From assembly GCA_051294375.1 (NCBI GenBank), contig CM119267.1:9598339-9662338 (forward strand): DNA of 64,000 nucleotides, in the 5' to 3' direction. Within the stretch, counting starts at the first letter, position 1. Each line of letters starts with the position of its first letter. Shown here piece by piece: positions 37,624-52,238 of this stretch. A program made the translations under genes and the position numbers. The notes beneath the pieces were generated by a model. It was not told where the DNA came from. It did no database searches and saw only the letters and a program-made list of their open reading frames with translations. This DNA is from Paraspadella gotoi (lineage: Eukaryota > Animalia > Chaetognatha).

Positions 37624-37691
37624 GCCACCGCCACCGCCACCGCCGCCGCCACCGCCACCGCCACCGCCACCGCCACCGCCACCGCTACCAC
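37624..37691. repeat. (GCCACC)n hexamer repeat
   Basis: About 11 tandem copies; mirrored at 45975-46062. Confidence 0.9.
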
Positions 37692-39621
37692 TCCGGTTTC
37701 ACTCCGGGCGGAATCGTCGTTACGCGTGATCGATTTTAGCGCTCCGAATCAAAGCCACGCCCTCTGGCGTCCCTTTTAAAATTCAGAAAAGTAAAAAAAA
37801 ACAAAATTCAATGAGGTTTGTTTTAAAAAAAAATCAGTTGCCTTGGATCTCGCTTTTAACTAACCTACTTTTAGATTTAATTCATTCCGGAATGTGCTTG
37901 TTTTCAATACATAGTCATACTCATAGTCAATTAGTCGATTAGTCATAGTCAGGACAACTTAATCACCTTTCGTTGATTGTAGCTCACAGAGTCTGTAATT
38001 GGATTTAACGGTTTCAATCTCGAACTAAATCATTTTCTCTATGTCCTTTTCAGAATTCGTCCTCTTCCCAATAGGTTAGGGGCCTCTTCGTTCCCCCTTT
38101 TCATAAACACTAGATACACTTACCCAAGGCACTCACCCCCCGATCCTCTTTCGGATCCTTGGAGATTTTCCCTCCGAGAGAAATGATTCAATCTTCGGCT
38201 GGAAAACCGAAAATCGTTGGTTCGCGCGAACCCTCCCTCACCTCCCTCACCCTCCTTCACCCTCCCTCACCCTCCCTCACCCTCCCCCCATTCATCTTCA
38301 ACTCCACCCCCACCCCCATAAAAAAAAAGCGCACCAACGGGGTGGTAATCGAATCAAAAAGCGAACCTGAAATAAATGGGTCGAGTTTGGCGAATATGAT
38401 CCCCGAGGACGCGACGATTTGATCCCCGAGGACGCGACGGCACGACGTGAGAATTTATCAGAAGTCGGCGGCGCAGCCGACGCCGCCGCCGCAGCCGCCG
38501 CCGCTGCCGCCGATATTGAGCGTAACTTGGCCTCCCGGAAGGTCCCCCATTCGAGGTCGGACCTCGATTTCGGCGGCGGATCTTAATTTCAAATGACTTG
38601 AGATTGGCGTGGAGAGTCTCAACCCCGAGTTTATCGAGAGCGAGAGGATGGGGAAGATTCTCCCGGGGGTTTGGGAAATGATGTCAGAGAAGCGTGAGAC
38701 TCTCGGCTGGCCGGAGCACGAGCGGGAATGACTACAACAACGACGACTATGATGACGACGATGTCGACAACGATGACGACGACGATGACGATTTTATTAG
38801 AATTCGCCGTCGATTCTCGAGAGAAGATGAAGGCGAAGGAGAGGGAGAGAGAGAGGGAGAGGGAGAGGGAGAGAGAGGCTGAGAGAAGAGGTTGAGGAGA
38901 AACGAATCAAATCTCCGGCCAGCGAATTCGCGGACTAATGTTATTGTCGGATACCATAATGTAGATTTGAACCTCGAAGGAGTAGTAAAGCTCAACGGTT
39001 TTTTTTTTTTCTCTCTCTTTTTTTTTAGAACGTTCTTAGATCGGTTATAAGTCACGGATTCATTATGAACTTGTGCCAAGAAGATCCATTTTTGCAAGAT
39101 ACTCCTCCCGGTTTAGCACCATTTACTCGGTCAACGAGCTTGTTGGACTGATGGAAGAATATGTTTCTGAGTCCTCATAAACTTCGCTCTTTAGTTAAAA
39201 AGATATTAGCACTCGAAAATTTTTTTTACAGGTTTATTACAGGTACTTTGAAACAATTTATACGAATCGCTAACAATGCCTTGTAAAACTAATTTAAAGG
39301 ATTATCCTTCATTTTTAAAAAAAAATTTCGGTGTTAAAATCGTGAGCCGTGAATGATGCATCAAAAAAACAATTTTTTTCCATTTTTATAGCAGCTTAGT
39401 TTAATTCAATATATGAACATATATTATATATATTGAACACTAAACAACCGACAAACGTAGATAATGGAATTCTCCTTTGACTAATCTCTCGTCCCTCTTC
39501 AGCTCTTTCATTATTTCATTTGTAGCGACTTATTTATTAATCCCGTTTCTTCCTCATTCCCCGGGCAGAGCTCGTCTCTTACCTAATTTCTTGTTATCTG
39601 CCTTTTCATCTTTCCATAGAA

Positions 39622-39649
39622 CTCGTTTTATCTTAGATCCTAACTCCTT

Positions 39650-39736
<87 letters not shown>

Positions 39737-39770
39737 TTATCTTAGATCTAACTCGCTTTCATTTCTCTCT

Positions 39771-39824
<54 letters not shown>

Positions 39825-39848
39825 TATCTTAGATCCTAACTCCTCTTC

Positions 39849-39902
<54 letters not shown>

Positions 39903-39924
39903 TGATCTTAGATCCTAACTCCTT

Positions 39925-39998
<74 letters not shown>

Positions 39999-40012
39999 CT
40001 CTCTCTCTCTCA
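39622..40012. repeat. Compound repeat: 4 x (CGTTTTATCTTAGATCCTAACTCCTTT + (CT)n)
   Basis: The same ~27-bp head occurs at 39623, 39733, 39821 and 39899, each followed by a (CT)n run of variable length. Confidence 0.85.
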
Positions 40013-40105
40013 GTGCCTAAAGCCCCACTCAGATCAATGTTCAAATGTTCAAATGTTCTCTCTTTTCATCCTTTCATCCTTTCACCAACCCTTTCCTTCA
40101 TTCAG

Positions 40106-40280
40106 GCGTGGACGTTGGGATTCGCCATGTGCAAAGTCTACATCATATCACAGTCAGTGAATCAGTTCACATCCATCTTTCTGCTCGTTGTCCTCAGCGG
40201 CGACCGCTACCTGGCCGTCTGCCACCCGCTCGCTGCTCAAAAGTATAGGACGTTCAAGAACGCCTGCTTCGTCTGCTTAG
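40106..40280 (+). CDS. AstC/somatostatin receptor-like GPCR, exon 5 (ECL1, TM3, DRY, ICL2)
   Basis: AWTLGFAMCKVYIISQSVNQFTSIFLLVVLSGDRYLAVCHPLAAQKYRTFKNACFVCL: WxxG..C, NQFTSIF and DRYLAVCHP motifs; ttcag / gtgag boundaries. Confidence 0.93.
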
Positions 40281-40292
40281 GTGAGAGAGAGG

Positions 40293-40338
<46 letters not shown>

Positions 40339-40833
40339 TGTCGGGAGACGCGAGACAGATTTCTTTTTTTTTGTTGTCTGATTGAATAAGCAGAGATTAA
40401 CCAGAAGAAAAAAAAGAAGAGGGAGAAGGAAAGGAAAGTCTGTCGGTGAAAACCGATACACAAGTCCAAGACAGGAGAGACGTTTTGCAGAAGTCGCCGA
40501 ACAAAATGGCATCTGCGACTTTTCTCAGCGGCGACATCGAAGCCTTTTTTTTTTGTTTTCGCATTTATTTTTCTCTTCTCAGTGCTTGACAACTTGTCCG
40601 TAGGTCCGCTAACCAGCGCCCGGTAGTTTCAAACAAGTCCGTAGCAAAAAGTAGTAGTGCAAAAACTTCGTTTCGATTTGCTCAGAATGATTGGAAAAGA
40701 TCCCGACTTTTCTTGTTTACTCTGGCTTCCTCGAGCGGATTTAGAGTCCCGAGAAGAAAGTCTAGTGGAGAACATGGTTACTTTGGGGATCCTCAATAAA
40801 TCTCGCGTTTGTGATGGTGAAACTGAATAGGAT

Positions 40834-40871
<38 letters not shown>

Positions 40872-41945
40872 GGAGACTGTGGCTGCTTGGGGAGAGGACG
40901 GGGGAGAAATATGGGAAAAAGGGGACGGGCGACTAAATGGAATGAATGTGCGGAGGAAGAAAGATAAAAAAAAAAGGAAAAAAGGAAAAAAGAAAGATGA
41001 GTCGGACGAGGAGGAAACTTGGGAAAAAAAAGGAAGCGAATGTTATGAGGATATGAATAGAAAAAAAAAGGAGAAAGGAAAGGAGAGAAGAAAAAAGGAA
41101 GAGGAAAAAGATTGAGGAAGGAGAGGAAAAAAAGGAAGAGGAAAAATATAGAGGAAGGAGAGAAAAAAAAAAGGAAGAGAGAATAGAGAAAATGGAGTTT
41201 GAAAAATGAAGGTCGGATTTGCGAGATTGGGTTTGAACATAAAAAAAAATCAGGTTAATCAAATGTGTTGCGCCGCAGTAACTTTCTTTTCGCGTGTATT
41301 TGCCGGTTATCATGTGATTAGATAACTATTTATATATTTAAATATTTATATATTTCTACATTTATATCTATTTATAACTATTTATAAAACTTTGTTATCA
41401 TGTCACTGTAGTTCTGCGAGATCATAAAATATTTTAATATTTTAATATGGACTGAATTATGAAGNNNNNNNNNNNNNNNNNNNNNNNNNNNNNNNNNNNN
41501 NNNNNNNNNNNNNNNNNNNNNNNNNNNNNNNNNNNNNNNNNNNNNNNNNNNNNNNNNNNNNNNNNNNNNNNNNNNNNNNNNNNNNNNNNNNNNNNNNNNN
41601 NNNNNNNNNNNNNNNNNNNNNNNNNNNNNNNNNNNNNNNNNNNNNNNNNNNNNNNNNNNNNNNNNNNNNNNNNNNNNNNNNNNNNNNNNNNNATAAGCAT
41701 TTAAAATAGACAGACCTGACCGAAAAGTGAGTTATAGAGTCGCTCCTCAAGAACTCGCTTTGCCACTAAAAAGGTACGATAGATGGTTAGATGACGAAGA
41801 TNNNNNNNNNNNNNNNNNNNNNNNNNCTCTCTCTCTCTCTCTCTCTCATCTTTTAATTTTTTTTAAATTCAATTGAGCATTTTTTTTCAAAAAAGACAAA
41901 ACTTCATGACAAAAAAAACCGTTTTATCAATATTTATCTTGATTT

Positions 41946-42822
41946 ATCTTCGTCATCTAACCATCTATCGTACCTTTTTAGTGGCGCAGCGAGTTCTTGA
42001 GGAGCGACTCTATCACTCACTTTTCGGTCAGGTCTGTCTATTTTAAATGCTTATAACTCTTTTAAATTTATATTCGATTTGAGGGTGTTTTTTATGTCAT
42101 ACATATGTTGTCATGTGGTGACCTAAAAGCGATCACCTGACTGGAAATTCAAAGCTTCATAATTCAGTCCATATTAAAATATTAAAATATTTTTAGTTAA
42201 TACTTGGCACAATGGTAAAATATGCACGTACGTTTATACATTTTTTTCATTGCTTGCTGCTTCGTTTTATGATCTCGCAGAACTACAGTGACATGATAAC
42301 AAAGTTTTATAAATAGTTATAAATAGATATAAATGTAGAATATATAAATATTTAAATATATAAATAGTTATCTAATCACATGATAACCGGCAAATACACG
42401 CGAAAAAGAAAGTTACTGCGGCGCACACATTTGATTAACCTGATTTTTTTTTTATGTTCAAACCCAATCTCGCAAATCCGACCTTCATTTTTCAAACTCC
42501 ATTTTCTCTATTCTCTCTTCTTTTTTTTTTTTCTCTCCTCTCTATTTTTTCCTCTCTTTTTTTCCTCTCCTTCCTCAATCTTTTTCCTCTTCTTTTTCTT
42601 CTCTCCTTTCCTTTCTCCTTTTTTTTTTCTATTCATATCCTCATAACATCTCGCTTCCTTTTTTTTTCCAAGTTTCCTCCTCGTCCGACTCATCTTTCTT
42701 TTTTCCTTTTTCCTTTTTTTTTTTTATCTTTCTTCCTCCGCGCATTCATTCCATTTAGTTCGCCGTCCCCTTTTTCCCATATTTCTCCCCCGTCCTCTCC
42801 CCCAAGCAGCCACAGTCTCCAC

Positions 42823-42853
<31 letters not shown>

Positions 42854-43346
42854 CCTATTCAGTTTCACCATCACAAACGCGAGATTTATTGAGGATCCCC
42901 AAGTAACCATGTTCTCCACTAGACTTTTCTTCTCGGGACTCTAAATCCGCTCGAGGAAGCCAGAGTAAAACAAGAAAGTCGGGATCTTTTCCAATCATTC
43001 TGAGCAAAATCGAAACGAAGTTTTTGCACTACTACTACTTTTTGCTGCGGACTTGTTTGAAACTACCGGCGCTGGTTAGCGGACTACGGACAAGTTGTCA
43101 AGCACTGAGAAGAGAAAAATAAATGCGAAAAACAAAAAAAAAAGGCTTCGATGTCGCCGCTGAGAAAAGTCGCAGATGCATTTTGTTCGGCGACTTCTGC
43201 AAAACGTCTCTCCTGTCTTGGACTTGTGTATCGGTTTTTTACCGACAGACTTTCCTTTCTTCTCCTCTTCTTTTTTTTCTTCTGGTTATCTCTGCTTATT
43301 CAATCAGACAACAAAAAAAAAGAAATCTGTCTCGCGTCTCCCGACA

Positions 43347-43392
<46 letters not shown>

Positions 43393-43682
43393 CTCTCTCT
43401 CACCTAAGCAGAGAAGCAGGCGTTCTTGAACGTCTATACTTTGAGCAGCGAGCGGGTGGCAGACGGCCAGGTAGCGGTCGCCGCTGAGGACAACGAGCAG
43501 AAAGATGGATGTGAACTGATTCACTGACTGTGATATGATGTAGACTTTGCACATGGCGAATCCCAACGTCCACGCCTGAATGAAGGAAAGGGTTGGTGAA
43601 AGGATGAAAGGATGAAAAGAGAGAACATTTGAACATTTGAACATTGATCTGAGTGGGGCTTTAGGCACTGAGAGAGAGAGAG

Positions 43683-43756
<74 letters not shown>

Positions 43757-43779
43757 AAGGAGTTAGGATCTTAAGATCA

Positions 43780-43829
<50 letters not shown>

Positions 43830-43855
43830 AAGAAAGGAGTTAGGATCTAAGATCA

Positions 43856-43909
<54 letters not shown>

Positions 43910-43942
43910 AGAGAGAAAGAAAGGAGTTACGATCTAAGATAA

Positions 43943-44029
<87 letters not shown>

Positions 44030-47000
44030 AAGGAGTTAGGATCTAAGATAAAACGAGTTCTATGGAAAGATGAAAGGCAGATAACAGAAATTAGTAAGAG
44101 ACGAGCTCTGCCCGGGAATGAGGAAGAAACGGGATTAATAAATAAGTCGCTACAATGAAATAATGAAAGAGCTGAAGAGGGACGAGAGATTAGTCAAAGG
44201 AGAATTCCATTATCTACGTTTGTCGGTTGTTTAGTGTTCAATATATATAATATATGTTCATATATTGATTAAACAAGCTGCTATAAAAATGGAAAAAAAT
44301 TGTTTTTTGATGCATCATTCACGGCTCACGATTTTAACACCGAAATTTTTTTTAAAAATGAAGGATAATCCTTTAAATTAGTTTTTTACAAGGCATTGTT
44401 AGCGATTCGTATAAATTGTTTCAAAGTACCTGTAATAAAACCTGTAAAAAAAATTTTCGAGTGCTAATATCTTTTAACTAAAGAGGAAGTTTATGAGGAC
44501 TCAGAAACATATCTTCCATCAGTCCAACAAGCTCGTTGACCGAGTAAATGGTGCTAAACCGGGAGGAGTATCTTGCAAAAATGGATCTTCTTGGCACAAG
44601 TTCATAATGATCCGTGACTTATAACCGATCTAAGAACGTTCTAAAAAAAAAGAGAGAGAAAAAAAAAAAACCGTTGAGCTTTACTACTCCTTCGAGGTTC
44701 AAATCTACATTATGGTATCCGACAATAACATTAGTCCGCGAATTCGCTGGCCGGAGATTTGATTCGTTTCTCTTCAACCTCTTCTCTCAGCCTCTCTCTC
44801 CTCTCGCCTCTCCCCTCTCTCTCTCCCTCTCTTCTCCCTTCCTCGCCTTCATCTTCTCTCGAGAATCGACGGCGAATTCTAATAAAATCGTCATCGTCGT
44901 CGTCATCGGTTGTCGACATCGTCGTCATCATAGTCGTCGTTGTTGTAGTCATTCCGGCTCGTGCTCCGGCCAGCCGAGAGTCTCACGCTTCTTGACATCA
45001 TTTCCCAACCCCGGGAGAATCTTCCCATCCTCTCGCTCTCGATAAACTCGGGGTTGAGACTCTCCACGCCAATCTCAAAGTCATTTGAAATTAAGATCCG
45101 CCGCCGAAATCGAGGTCCGACCTCGAATGGGGACCTTCCGGGAGGCCAAGTTACGCTCAATATCGGCGCAGCGCGGCGGCTGCGGCGGCGGCGTCGGCTG
45201 CGCCGCCGACTTTCTGATAAATTCTCACGTCGTGCCGTCGCGTCCTCGGGAATCAAATCGTCGCGTCCTCGGGATCATATTCGCAAACTCGACCCATTTA
45301 TTTCAGGTTCGCTTTTTGATTCGATTACCACCCCGTGGTGCGCTTTTTTTTTTATGGGGTGGGGGTGGAGTTGAAGATGATGGGGGGAGGGTGAGGGAGG
45401 GTGAGGGAGGGTGAAGGAGGGTGAGGGAGGTGAGGGAGGGTTCGCGCGAACCAACGATTTTTCGGTTTTCCAGCCGAAGATTGAATCATTTTCTCCGGAG
45501 GGAAAATCTCCAAGGATCGAAAGAGGATCGGGGGTGAGTGCCTTGGGTAAGTGTATCTAGTGTTTATGAAAAGGGGGGAACGAAGAGGCCCTAACCTATT
45601 GGGAAGAGGGACGAATTCTGAAAGGACATAGAGAAAAATGATTTAGTTTCGAGATTGAAACCGTTAAATCCAATTACAGACTCTGTGAGCTACAATCAAC
45701 GAAAGGTGATTAAGTTGTCCTGATATGATAATCGACTAATTGACTATGATATGACTATGTATTGAAAACAAGCACATTCCGGAATGAATTAAATCTAAAG
45801 TAGGTTAGTTAAAAGCGAGATCCAAGGCAACTGATTTTTTTTTAAACAAACCTCATTGAATTTTCTTTTTTTTTACTTTTCTGAATTTTAAAGGGACGCC
45901 AGAGGGCGTGGCTTTGATTCGCGCAGCGCTAAAAATCGATCACGCGTACGACGATTCCGCCGGAGTGAAACCGAGTGGTAGCGGTGGCGGTGGCGGTGGC
46001 GGTGGCGGTGGCGGTGGCGGTGGCGGTGGCGGTGGCGGCGGCGGTGGCGGTGGCGGTGGCCATTAAATCCATTCTACAAAAATCGACGCGATTTCAAAAC
46101 TGATAGCGCAAAGTGGAAATTGGATGCGCGATACCGAAAGAATCGGAAATCAGAACAATGGCTTTCGAAAGTAACAATAGTCCATAAATAGATATTTCTA
46201 AAAAAAAAATCGTCGGTATAATCGACATTATTTCTTTTGAGATTCGATAGTTGGATTAAAGTTTCCCCTCCTCTTTTGGATTTTTCCCTAATATTTATTG
46301 ATTTATAGAATTCAGACTTCTGAGAAAATTTCACCTTTGTAATTTCAATCTTGTTAATACGTATAAATTGTTTTTTAAAAGGATCCTTCGTTTCTCGATA
46401 TATTGAAACGCGAGCCAGCTCTAGAAAATCTCGAGCGAACAGTGATTTTTATTCCACAGTGGTTTGTTTGTCGTTCAACCGCTATTTTCATCAAATGTTT
46501 TAACGACTCGAATAAAGGCGAATCTGTTTTATCCACGATTCACATCATGCCAAAAATAAGGTTTTTTGTTATTGGGCAAACAAGTCCCATCGTTCAAAGA
46601 GAAAACTGAGTCTTCGTACTGGGTGTACTGTATAGTAGAGTGGAGCACTGGGGAACATAATTTTATTTGAGTGAACAAACAAGGATATTTAGACGTGAGA
46701 TAGTATGATTAAGGAGTACAAAAAATATATTGTTTATATTGTTTATATGTCCGAAACTGTTCTTAAAATTTAAAAAATAAGATTTTAAAAATTTTATGAT
46801 TTTATAAGGATATTACTATTAAAAAATTCAATTAATGATACTGTTATGTTGGAAAAGGGCTAAATTATTTTTATTACATATACAAAAGCAGCAAAAAAAT
46901 ATTGTTACAAATCGCTCAATCTTTTCATCACTCACCCTAGTGTTAGGGAATTTAAAAAAAATCGAACTTAGCTAAATTATATCAAAATATTTTTTCCCAT

Positions 47001-47714
47001 TTTATCCATCATCCGATAAGCCAAAGCATTGTAAAAAAAATCCCTCTTATCCACTTTCCGATAAATCTTTCCAATCCCCACTAAATCAGTTGCTCGGGAA
47101 AATCAATAGATATTTTTTTCCGACACATTCTTTTAATATCGCCCGAGAAAATTATTTTCGTCAGGATGAACTTACTGGATAAAAAAAACAACTAAAAGTG
47201 GATTTGTGGACGCGATTAATTAATGTCGCTCTTCCGAACAATTTCACGCACATTTATCAGATTTGGTTTTTAGACTTCAGAGTTCCCGAACACCCGACCC
47301 CATAAATCAGGGCCGTAGCGAAAATCCTCGGCCTAAATTCCCGCCACTCCATCTCCCTCCCTCTCCCCCCCCCACCTAGCGGCGAAAAAAAAGGCTGAGA
47401 AGTCGTGAATCCGCTGAGAGAAAAACACTCGGGCGACGACGGGAGTTCGGCCGGGATCCAGATTCCGGCGACGCGATCGAGACAATGGAGACGCCGTCTC
47501 CAGGGGGATTCAAGGGGGGGGGGGAGGGAGAGAAAAGGGGCGTGCTGCTTTTTCTTTTTTTTTTATTTCGCGCGACTTGAGATTTTTTTATTGAGAAAAA
47601 AAAAATCAATTTCGATTCGTGTTTACCTGAATTAAAAAGAGTCGGGAGCTCGGACTCAGGGATCCCGCTCCAGATGTTTTTACGAGACGAGAAACTCTGT
47701 ACTTTGATAAATTG

Positions 47715-47772
<58 letters not shown>

Positions 47773-48434
47773 AAAGGAGTTTTTTCTGCCAACATCGTGC
47801 CCGATTTCACTCTCGAGTGAATTTTTCAAAGACATTCACGGCTCGATTTTTCTTCCTTCCTCCATTTCGTCGGATATATTTTGTGAAACGTGATTCGTAG
47901 GTAAAAATGGAGGAAAGCGGGTCAAAGGAAAAAAAATTTGAAAGGAAAAGGAGGGAATAAGGAAAAGGAAGAAAGTGAGACGAGAAAAAAAAGGAAGCGA
48001 GAAAGAGATATGAAAAAAGGAGAGCGTCAAGGTTGGAGGTCAAAGGTGGAAAAAAAAAAGAAAGTGAAAGGAGAGGATTAAAAATAGGAGGAGGGGATGA
48101 AATTAGGGAAGGGAATCGCTGAGGGGATTCATAAATCAGTTTTTTAGGAAGGGGCCGAGAAGGAGGGGAGCTGAGGTGAGAAGAAAACAGTCGAGGAGGA
48201 AATTCGGAAGAGAAGCGTTGAAAGAAAGATGCGGGAAATTTTGAAAAAAAGAAATGATGTCGGAAAGAACCTATTATTGAGAGTAGAGCTCAGCGGCGAA
48301 GGTGAGGAAAATTCCGATAGGGGGACGGGTGAGGTATAAGAAGGTAAGTCTAGTGAGTGAGGGCGAACTGAAGAAGATTAATAACGGATACTAAGGTGAG
48401 AGAGGTCGAGACTCTGAAGTCAGAACGCGTTCTT

Positions 48435-48498
<64 letters not shown>

Positions 48499-50167
48499 AG
48501 CGGTTTCAAAGAATATTCTTTTTAAAATAAGAAAATCACCAGCCACACCGACCAAACAGTCGAGACCGCAAATAGAAATTATCGCGAAAACCTCGATTTT
48601 ATCGGAAACGATGACGATGACGACGACGACACAACGACGACGAACGACGGCGACAGCGTGGACGGAATTGGGAAAATCATTCGCTATTAGGGACACTGGC
48701 GCGTCGGTCGATGGCCACGATGGCCATAAAACTGAGCGGATTCTCCGGACGCCGATATTTCTGTTTTATGGTATCGTCCGCCGTTGACTGGCGATTCAGA
48801 CCACAGCAACGACAAACAAACAAAAAAAAAACTTAATACACAATAAATTTGGTTTGTTTTTTTTTTTTATCTCTCTCTCTCTCGAAATAACACGATAAAT
48901 TAACTTTCATTTCCGGTGTATTTGTTTGGCCGAGGGCGGAATGGTTCGAGCACGATGACGTTCAATCGGGAAGAAGCAAAACAAACGGGATCGAATCTTG
49001 GGTTAAACTTAAAGCTAACCTTAAAAGTTAACCTTTTATAAGCTGCCAAATAAATAAACTTTTACGGATATCTCAACGAAAAGAACTTTACAGTTAATTT
49101 AAGGATATAATAATACTCTGAAGAAACAGTAATTATTGTAATGGTTAGTGACCGAACCATTCATTAAGCAGTCCGTGTTACAGGCGGGTTAAGCGCCCCA
49201 TCCCTCTTAACTGCTAGGCGGCCACCGGGCTAAGAACCCAGGACCTTTGAGTTGGGAGGCGAATGACTGCCTCCGGCACAATGGCCGCTAATGAACGGTT
49301 GATTGATTTTAGTCCACCATAACTCGTTAAAAATGAATCCGTGGAATGGACATGCAGAAATTAATGTATCAATTAATTATAAAGGAATTTCTCACGTGTT
49401 GGATCGCGGCGACCACGAGCAAGGGCATTCCCAGCAGGAAACTACGTCCGCCGTCGCGAGATTTCAGAAATACACGTTGGTGACGTTCTGGGAAGGAGGG
49501 AGGCAGTGTACGTTTTAATTGTAGATACTAATAATCTTTATATATAATTACATACAAGTCAAATCAAACACTAATATTTCCTGTTTACGATCAAATTTAA
49601 TTTGATAAATAAATAAACAATGAAAAAAAAACATGTGCCTTCACCATGTGCTTCATCAACAAAATTCAAGATTCCGAATCTTAACAATCCGTACTTAAAT
49701 CTTTATGATTCTACAATGATTGCAACAATCAACATCTTATTTTCCCCCCCGATTATCTTAAGTAATGAAAAACTGAAGAAACTTTCAGAGATATGAAAGT
49801 AATGTTTTCAGGTGACATTAAGCTGATGAGAAAATGTCTGAGAAAAGAAATCAGACAAAGAGAAAACATTTTTTTTTGTCTGAATTTTGGTTTCCGATGA
49901 GATGTAATCAACGAAAACTAATTTTCCTTTCTAAATCTGAATTTCATCATCGAAAAAACAGATAATCGTCGCCACAAAGACTAATTTGATGAAACTAGTT
50001 TTAGAACTTTAGCACCCCCTACATTCAAAACAAGGCGCTCGCTCTCGATTCGTCAACCGTTAATGACGTTCGTTCATCACCTGCATTTTGGCGAAACGTG
50101 AGACACGTATTGACGAGGGAGTTTCCGATGACGCCGACGATGATGATCAAGATGTCGAGAAAGACGA

Positions 50168-50234
<67 letters not shown>

Positions 50235-50430
50235 GAGAATTGAATTAAAAAAATATAATTGTGAGCTTTAGGATCGTTTCACAAACTGCCTTTAAAAGCT
50301 ACTATTTCTAAGAGAGTTTCTGATAACTACATCAATAAGTTGGCTTGTAAATCTTCTTCTTAATCATTCAAATATACAGTTTTGGTGAACTCTTTCTAAC
50401 TGCCAATTGGAGAGAGAGAGAGAGAGGGGG

Positions 50431-50518
<88 letters not shown>

Positions 50519-52205
50519 GATTGAAATTTTGACGTTCTGGCGCGATGTAAGTTAACACGGTGTCTAAAGACCATCGCAACGACGGAAGCGTGAACGAGAT
50601 GAATATCTGTGTAGAAACCCACCACTGTCCTGAGACTTTTTTTTGTTCAAGGTGCAGCCTGCAAATGTGTGAAGATTAGAGTGGAGCACTCAAGAACAAA
50701 AAAATTATTTGAATGATCGAACAAGGATATTTAGATGTGAGATAGTATGATTAACTAGTACAAAAAATATTTTGTTCATGTTGTCTCGGAACAGAATAGT
50801 AAAATACAAATATATGTAGTAATATTCTTATAAATAGTAAATTTAAAAATAAGTTTTTTAAATTTTTAATAAAGATTCAGATTCTTTATAAAAAGTTAAA
50901 TCAAAATATAAAACATGTCATCAAAAATTCTGTCATCTTCCGCTTATAAAACGGGAAAAAATGTAAAAATTCATAACTTTTTTATTCTGTGTAGTAAAAA
51001 CTTATATATGTTAAAAAGTTTTATTCATTTTTTGCGGTCTAAACATTAAATATCATATAACATATTTTATAAAGTTTCTTAGTTTTTTACGGCGAATCCA
51101 ATTTTTTTCTTAAAAATAAAACAAAACTATTTAAAATTTTATGATTTTATAGGATATTACTACATAAATAATTGAATTTACAATACTGTTATGCTAAAAA
51201 AAATTTTAAAAGGATTCAGAATTTGTTAACGATGCGTCATAAGCAGCAAAAAAATGATGTTCATCGCTCAATCTATTCATCGCATAGCTACTATTTGTTT
51301 AAAAGCTTGTTTCAATATTGTCATTGCGATTGCTAGTGGCTTCCTTCCCGCAACGCGTATGAAAAATGTTTCTAATCAATCGCAACCGCGGTATGGGAAT
51401 TACGCATTCTCGTCTCGCGCCTCTCGCGGTTTACATTTTAATTATTTTTTTTTCTGTTGCTGGGAGAATCGAGCTCGTGGGAAAAAAAGGGGAATGGAGG
51501 AACAAATGAGCATCGAACGACGTCCATAATCAAAATTATTTTTTTTTAGAAAGAATTATTTCTCATCAATTATTCGAATTAGTTTTATGTGATGAAAGAG
51601 TTCTAACCAAAGCGAATTCTCGACAAGGTAAACTTAGGAGTTAAGACGTTATAGTTAGTTATACAATATAATTTCTAGTCAAATATGATTAAATAATTGC
51701 AATGAATAATCATATTATAATCAAACTCGTCTCTCCAAACTTTATTCGCAGACTTACTCATGACGTAAGGGTAAATCTCCTCGACCTGCCGCTGTAGCTT
51801 CGCTGTATTTCGAGTATTCTGTCAGGTTGAACGCCGAAGAGTTTGAATCGATGCTGTGAACCAAAAAAAAAAAAAGATGAGGAAGCAGGGAGAGCGTGGG
51901 GTCGAAGGGTTGGGAGGACGGGGTAAACGGTCGAATGTCTGATCGCCGAAATGTTTTTTTTTTTTCTTCTGTCGTCAACGTATCCCTAAAAGATCAGAAA
52001 GCCAAGGCCGATGGTTGAAACGATAAGCCTCGGTTCCGCATCGTTTACTAGTTTTAATGCTCGCTTGGAGACAGATACTTTGGAAGAGATTTAGAAGACG
52101 AATCGAAAGAATATTCTTGGTCTTTTCTTAGTTTAGTTGCCACTAGTCTTAAAATAGTTCTTAAATTAATTCTAAATCTACTGATCCTGACATTTTTCCT
52201 CCAGT
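41946..52205 (-). repeat. Inverted duplicate of 31401-41801 (about 10.3 kb), probably a redundant mis-oriented contig
   Basis: Reverse-complement identity throughout: 52141-52205 matches 31401-31467, 42155-42191 matches 41427-41464, and 41946-42054 matches 41693-41801. The centre lies at N gaps. Differences are mostly 1-nt indels. Confidence 0.95.
43404..51853 (-). pseudogene. Frameshifted inverted copies of GPCR exons 2-5 (51758-51853, 50081-50170, 49396-49487, 43404-43575); probably an assembly artefact
   Basis: Each copy is 1-3 nt shorter than its + strand counterpart. Exon 1 and exons 6-7 are absent from the duplicate. Confidence 0.7.

Positions 52206-52238
<33 letters not shown>

Noticed and set aside
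43300-43668. Second GPCR paralogue on the minus strand
   Set aside because: Lies within the inverted duplicate, is near-identical including introns, is frameshifted, and lacks exon 1 and exons 6-7.
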